NCBI GenBank assembly: GCA_964556525.1
Contig: CAZKXO010000001.1
Span: 1-50,753, forward strand
Source: an uncultured Saprospiraceae bacterium
Lineage (GTDB): Bacteria > Bacteroidota > Bacteroidia > Chitinophagales > Saprospiraceae
Direction: 5' to 3'
Length of the DNA stretch: 50,753 nt
A program made the position numbers and the translations under genes. Of the stretch, positions 45,877 to 50,753 are shown one piece after another. Under the pieces are notes generated by a model. That model did no database searches and had not been told where the DNA came from. It saw only the letters and a program-made list of their open reading frames with translations. Each line of letters begins with the position of its first letter. Position 1 is the first letter of the stretch.

Positions 45877-46752
45877 TCAAGAATTACAAAAGTCAACTAT
45901 TTGATTATTGACTTCTTGTGCTCTTTCCCACTGGACAAAATGGCCACAACGATCATAAAGCACCAAAGTTCCTTTCTCCAACTTCTCCATCGCTGTCGAT
46001 AATATTGTATCCAGTTGTAATTCAGGATGGACTAGATGATGAGGTATAAGTTTGTCTTGTCGTCCAAACATTACAAGCACTGGCAACTGAAGTTGTTCCA
46101 GATGCGACAGCATGTTACACTTGACTATGGCACAAGTAGTTTCTGCTATGGTTTGACACCATCGCAAATATTTTGGCTGGTCAGCCTTTAGCAAAATCCT
46201 ATCCTCCATCATAAATTGTGCATCTTCAGGCATGCGATAAAAATTAATAAGAAAATTCTTCCTTATCATCTCGTCTGGATAGCCGCTGATGAGCTCTGCA
46301 GTGAAGAATTGCTCTATCACAGCGATCTCTTTCTCCTCAAATCTTTCTAAGCCTGCAGGAGCGATAAGAATCAATCGGTCTATAAGTTCTGGTGCTTGTC
46401 TTGCCACTTCCATGCTGATATGCCCGCCCATAGAATGGCCCACCAATGAGACGCTTCTTAGCTGAAGCGTACTGATAAAATCGATAACCAATTGTGCTAC
46501 AGATCCTATCTCAAAGACAGAAGGTAGAGGGGATGACAAACCATAACCGGGCAAGTCTAAAGTGATACAACGAAAGTTATCCTTGAGTTCTGAGACGTTC
46601 TTTGTCCAAGCTTTCTGATTGCTACCCATACCATGTAGAAATATCAAGGTCTGAGTGCCATTCCCTGTATCCGAATAGGCCATCTTGCTATCGCCATAAA
46701 TGTAGTATTGATCGGCTGCTGATTCCATATGCATCTTATTTCTGTGTGGCAA
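45877..46752 (-). CDS. Alpha/beta-fold hydrolase
   Basis: 291 aa. It has 'LIFLHGMGS', the nucleophile elbow 'GHSMGG' and a C-terminal catalytic His context ('CGHFVQWE'). Confidence 0.85.
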   Translation of the reverse strand: MPHRNKMHMESAADQYYIYGDSKMAYSDTGNGTQTLIFLHGMGSNQKAWTKNVSELKDNFRCITLDLPGYGLSSPLPSVFEIGSVAQLVIDFISTLQLRSVSLVGHSMGGHISMEVARQAPELIDRLILIAPAGLERFEEKEIAVIEQFFTAELISGYPDEMIRKNFLINFYRMPEDAQFMMEDRILLKADQPKYLRWCQTIAETTCAIVKCNMLSHLEQLQLPVLVMFGRQDKLIPHHLVHPELQLDTILSTAMEKLEKGTLVLYDRCGHFVQWERAQEVNNQIVDFCNS

Positions 46753-46755
46753 GTT

Positions 46756-47376
46756 CTATAAGATCAGACCAAAACCCAAATCCAGATACTGGATGGATTG
46801 CTTAAAACTGCTGTTGGTTCCTCTCCAATAGAGATAGTCTCCGATTTCATTGAACCGATACTGGTAACCTAGTTCTACATGAAGGCGATAAAACACAAAT
46901 CCAACTTGAAAACCAAAACCCATTTCTACCCTTTCTCTGCGTTCTTCAAACAAGTCTGTATCTGTAAAAATCTCATTCTCGGACAAGATTATAGAGGCGA
47001 TAGGACCCACCCCTAGTTTAAATCTGTCTGTCCTAAAGCCCGCAAAGAATGGAATGTCAAGATTATGGGTTGTCTTTACATTCTGTTGGCGGGTAATGTT
47101 ATCCAAGTCAATAAAGTTTTCTCCTACAAATCTCGTCCTCACCCGCTTGTAGGCCAACTCACTCTGAAAGTAGATCAGATCCTTACGATAGTGCCCCACC
47201 AGAGAAAAGATTGGAGATACATCCTGCTCTTCAAAACTTATCCTGTAGATGAAAAAGTCATTGGCATCATCCAGCTTGATATTGTCTTGTCTATTGAAGG
47301 GAATGGAGTAGCCGACTTTGGCTCCATAGTACAATTGTGCTGAGGCAGTAGTCCCAGTAAGTAAGCTGAGAAACAA
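46756..47376 (-). CDS. Outer-membrane beta-barrel (porin-family-like) protein
   Basis: 206 aa with alternating beta-strand pattern. It ends in aromatic-rich 'LDLGFGLIL'. It has a TTG start and a short signal sequence, and lies 3 nt upstream of the hydrolase gene. Confidence 0.6.
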   Translation of the reverse strand: MFLSLLTGTTASAQLYYGAKVGYSIPFNRQDNIKLDDANDFFIYRISFEEQDVSPIFSLVGHYRKDLIYFQSELAYKRVRTRFVGENFIDLDNITRQQNVKTTHNLDIPFFAGFRTDRFKLGVGPIASIILSENEIFTDTDLFEERRERVEMGFGFQVGFVFYRLHVELGYQYRFNEIGDYLYWRGTNSSFKQSIQYLDLGFGLIL

Positions 47377-47464
47377 AATAAGCCATATGTAAACCCATCG
47401 ATCTTTGATACACCAAAGATAACTAGGCTTACAACACTAGGTAGGATATTTTTTGCTTACTGGG

Positions 47465-47502
47465 GACAAATTAGAAAGGTGGCAATTTGTAAATCGCCAC
47501 CT
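47465..47502 (-). terminator. Candidate terminator of the 1050-aa gene
   Basis: Stem AGGTGGC / GCCACCT (47477-47483 / 47496-47502). On the minus strand it is followed by 'TTCTAATTTG'. Confidence 0.5.
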
Positions 47503-47508
47503 ATCGTC

Positions 47509-50500
47509 TTAAATCTTAGTTATAATACCTTCAGCTAAGGACAACTGTCCATCTCTTAATTTGTAACTATAAACACCTTCTGCTAAGCCTAGCAATGAAA
47601 CCTGAGTCTGATTCTCTAAGGTTCCATACTTTACTAATCGACCTTGCGGGTCATACAATTCCAGTCTTACTGGACCTTTTGTATAGCTATGTCTGACTGT
47701 GATAAAATCTGCAGATGGGTTAGGGAAGATTGATAATTCTATGTCTATTGATTCGCTAGTATTGGTGGTGATTATACGTCCTATCTCCACCTCAGTAAGA
47801 TTTGTGATAACAGGCTCATTGAAATCGAAGAAAATAGCAGCATCATTATCGATACGGATTCCATCTTCGAGATTAGGCATTTGCTTTATTTTAAATTTCG
47901 CAAAACCATGTGACAAAGGTTCGTTGGTAAAACTGTCTACAAGCATGATATTATCGAAGGTGAATTCTAATGTTCTTTCATTTATAATATCTAGACTGTA
48001 TTCGTGGCTGAAAGCACCCAGTTCTAGTGTACTCAAGTCAAGGCTTGGATCTATATCATCTCTGACGATAACTCTGAAAGCTGTATCCGTACCAGTATTC
48101 TGAAATCTGATATGATAGTCAAGGTCCGTGTTGGACTCTACTAATCGTCTGTTGGTATAGCCTTTAGGTGAGACTGCTTTGTCATTAGGATCATAAGCGC
48201 CTCTGTTCTCCACACAGTCTATATCGATATAAGAGTCTCCATCATTATTGGAAAACATGGTCACGAAGCCTGTAGAAATAGTACCATTATCATCCTTTCC
48301 GCAGCCTTCGATAGCCAAGGTAGGTGCACTCAGACCTGGGTGGAAAGGCACTTGTGGAATGAGAACTCGATAAGTCTTCCCATCAGCTGGCAAAGGTTCC
48401 AACTCGAATACTTCATCTGCATCTAGCTGTATAGGAGGACCTGGCATCATCACATCATCTTCTATCACGATAAACTCCTGGGCACCTTGCATATTACCAG
48501 TACCTACATTTCTTATCCTAAAGTTGGTGTTGTCTCCGTCACAATCTCCTTCTACTACCAGACTTGCACCAGACCATTCTGGATCAGGTAGATCGCAAGG
48601 ATCATTTGGGAAGATCGTTGCAGTCACACAGTGAGTCTGACCTATAGTGGTACCAGCACAATTTACATTTATCCAGAAACTGAAGGACCCACAATCGCCA
48701 TAGGCTACATCACCTATATTGAAAGTTAGAGTAGAGCCGTCCTGAGTAAAATCTGGATGTAAGCTTTGCACAAAAGTAAACTGCTCATCCAGTTCTACAG
48801 TTATAAAAACATCGGTCGCATTCGTGGTCCCTTGATTACAATACTCTACTGTATAGGAATTGTCAAAACATCTTCTAAGTAAATTGGTCCCAACATCTAC
48901 AACCATGTCAGTACAGCGTACCTGAGCTGAAGCTAGGAAATCTTGATTTACAACATCCGTATCGTTTGGCAGTACTACTGGAACTGCATTCTCACAAATT
49001 CCCCATAAGGCATTCGGTGGTATCACTCTCAGGATATAATTACCTGGTGGAGCAAAAATAAAATATGAACCATCATCCTTAGAGTAGCCATAAAAGGTTA
49101 GATCAGAGTTTATTTCCTTAAGTTCCAATAACCATCCACTGACACCAGCTTCACCAGCATCTGTTGTACAGTCTTGATTAAGGTCATCTCGGATTGTTCC
49201 ATTAACTCTAGACCCTGTTACACGTACTTCTCGGGAAGGCGCGCTGACACAATGATCTACAAGACCTTCGGAGACAAACAAGGATTCTAAAGCTGAAGGA
49301 TCCAGTGAGATAGTTGTGTTTTCATCCTTCAGTATTTCAAAGAACAAAGTCATTAAGATGTCGCCGTTATCAATGCTTACTGGGTTATCCAAAGCTGCCA
49401 TTCTCACAACACTAATGAGACCTTCTTCTTCTGAGTTACCTGTGGAAAAGTTACCATTATCAAATTGCTGACTATCTATTAGCGAATTAAATGCAAGCAC
49501 TTCAGGGTCATAATTTATGGCAAATTGATAACCCAGTATGTCCTGTGCATTTGCTACTCTAAGATCTACGATCATTTGATTGCTACTATCCACTCTAGAA
49601 CTGAATTCTATATTGACTGTCTCTACAAGGCACTCTTCTACTGAGAGCGCAGTTGTACAGCTTTTGCCAGAACCTGAGCTTGTTACCGTAGCGGTCAGCA
49701 TTTGTCCTACTTGATCTGACGTTATTGTATTTCCAAGATCATTGCCTAGCAGATCAGATAAAACTACAGATATATCACTTTCACAACGGTCATGTAATAG
49801 GAAATAATCAGCTTCAAAGCTAATGGATTCACTGCCTGTAAGCGATACGGTGAGTTCTGGCTGACAGGGTAAGGTACAAGTAAATAGGCTTACAGAACCA
49901 CAGGTAGAATTGACCGCAGTAGTTCCAGAACCTGCTCGTTCGAAAGTTGCGCCAGAGGCTACACAAATATCCGTATCAGACGCAGATGCTAGCGCATCAA
50001 AACAGACCCACATAAGGATATGGTCATTATTTCTGATTTCCCAACTGGTTACGCCACCGTGTACCCAGTCAAAACCCAACTGACCTGCTGTAGTGTTGCT
50101 ATCATCTATAGTCAACATAAAAAGATCGCTATTACTTACATCCGAAAACGAAAGGACAGCTGGGTCCCATTCAAGCATCCACTGTCCCCCTATAAGTTGA
50201 TAAAAGTTCTTTACTGAAATAGGCAAACAAAAGTTATTTTCAGTGCTTGCCGATATGGAATGCACATTCATAGTCACTGGACCATCAGAATACACTTCTA
50301 AAAAACCCTGGCATGATCCGCCCATGGTAGATTCATCTATCCTATACAGCAATTGTGTACCTACGCGGTCCAGGCCTACAACTGGCGACTGCGGAAGCAC
50401 TGTACCTCCAAGGCTGGAAAGAGTAACCGTGACGTCCAAGTTAGGACAGCCTACCGCATAATCCGATCCCAGAAAGAACTCAGGTGTAACTTCGATTGAT

Positions 50501-50661
50501 CCTACAGCTTCTTCCAGCTGGATACTTGCCAAAGGTGTCAGTGGACAGGCAAGTGAGCATTGTGCAGAAACAATAGTGACACTAAAACAAAGAGATAATA
50601 ACAACATAAGTAGCTTCAGTCTCTTTGTCATTTTGTAGCTGTATTGGATAGAATTGTTCAT
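47509..50661 (-). CDS. Large T9SS-secreted protein: two cohesin-like modules, SdrD/CnaB-like fold, DUF11-like repeats, type-A sorting domain
   Basis: 1050-aa ORF. A better signal peptide begins at M11 ('MTKRLKLLMLLLSLCFSVTIVSAQ', ATG at 50631). Motifs include 'WMLEWDPAVLSF', 'YQFAINYDPEVLAF', 'VEYCNQGTTNATDVFITVEL' and 'AYDPNDK'. The C-terminus 'LSIFPNPSADFITV...GVYSYKL' fits a T9SS sorting domain. Confidence 0.85.
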   Translation of the reverse strand: MNNSIQYSYKMTKRLKLLMLLLSLCFSVTIVSAQCSLACPLTPLASIQLEEAVGSIEVTPEFFLGSDYAVGCPNLDVTVTLSSLGGTVLPQSPVVGLDRVGTQLLYRIDESTMGGSCQGFLEVYSDGPVTMNVHSISASTENNFCLPISVKNFYQLIGGQWMLEWDPAVLSFSDVSNSDLFMLTIDDSNTTAGQLGFDWVHGGVTSWEIRNNDHILMWVCFDALASASDTDICVASGATFERAGSGTTAVNSTCGSVSLFTCTLPCQPELTVSLTGSESISFEADYFLLHDRCESDISVVLSDLLGNDLGNTITSDQVGQMLTATVTSSGSGKSCTTALSVEECLVETVNIEFSSRVDSSNQMIVDLRVANAQDILGYQFAINYDPEVLAFNSLIDSQQFDNGNFSTGNSEEEGLISVVRMAALDNPVSIDNGDILMTLFFEILKDENTTISLDPSALESLFVSEGLVDHCVSAPSREVRVTGSRVNGTIRDDLNQDCTTDAGEAGVSGWLLELKEINSDLTFYGYSKDDGSYFIFAPPGNYILRVIPPNALWGICENAVPVVLPNDTDVVNQDFLASAQVRCTDMVVDVGTNLLRRCFDNSYTVEYCNQGTTNATDVFITVELDEQFTFVQSLHPDFTQDGSTLTFNIGDVAYGDCGSFSFWINVNCAGTTIGQTHCVTATIFPNDPCDLPDPEWSGASLVVEGDCDGDNTNFRIRNVGTGNMQGAQEFIVIEDDVMMPGPPIQLDADEVFELEPLPADGKTYRVLIPQVPFHPGLSAPTLAIEGCGKDDNGTISTGFVTMFSNNDGDSYIDIDCVENRGAYDPNDKAVSPKGYTNRRLVESNTDLDYHIRFQNTGTDTAFRVIVRDDIDPSLDLSTLELGAFSHEYSLDIINERTLEFTFDNIMLVDSFTNEPLSHGFAKFKIKQMPNLEDGIRIDNDAAIFFDFNEPVITNLTEVEIGRIITTNTSESIDIELSIFPNPSADFITVRHSYTKGPVRLELYDPQGRLVKYGTLENQTQVSLLGLAEGVYSYKLRDGQLSLAEGIITKI

Positions 50662-50753
50662 GGTATTAACTTTTATACCTTAAATATGAGGCGGAATCAG
50701 GGATTAAAAAACTACATGTTGGCATATTTGTATAAATTTATTAGCTAATCATG

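Overview
This window looks like a chromosomal segment of an AT-rich Bacteroidota genome. The inference rests on three proteins with T9SS type-A C-terminal sorting domains, SprB-type repeats, a Y_Y_Y/propeller sensor kinase, A-rich leaders without Shine-Dalgarno sequences, and a TAnnTTTG -7 box upstream of rplM. I support about 40 protein-coding genes. I saw no rRNA, tRNA, CRISPR array, transposase or integrase.

Layout:
- 1-11.6 kb: a visibly more AT-rich, accessory-looking block of regulators and secreted unknowns. It holds a CHAT peptidase, a SEC-C protein, a GerE/LuxR solo, a receiver-less LytTR regulator, a propeller histidine kinase with a NarL-type response regulator, and several orphans.
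- 12-21.7 kb: a bestrophin-like channel, a 2062-aa SprB-repeat T9SS adhesin and glpD. These are separated by copies of an unassigned ~130-bp intergenic repeat family.
- 21.9-28.4 kb: housekeeping genes (rplM-rpsI-rpsB-tsf, pyrH, galK, mnmG).
- 28.6-37.6 kb: mixed envelope and redox genes.
- 37.6-40.3 kb: an overlapping PLP-lyase/NhaC-family pair.
- 40.4-43.8 kb: a small polysaccharide-type cluster.
- 43.8-50.7 kb: secreted and outer-membrane proteins, including a 1050-aa T9SS protein with cohesin-like modules.

The signal least explained by ordinary annotation is the intergenic repeat/hairpin family at 11.9, 13.2 and 20.0 kb. The best protein-level candidate for an undescribed module is the cluster of LytTR solo, Gly-rich secreted protein and GerE solo, with a divergent large helical protein (3.5-6.7 kb). 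I cannot show that any of these is a defined new system.

All functional calls come from motif recognition by eye. No homology search, HMM search or RNA folding was run.
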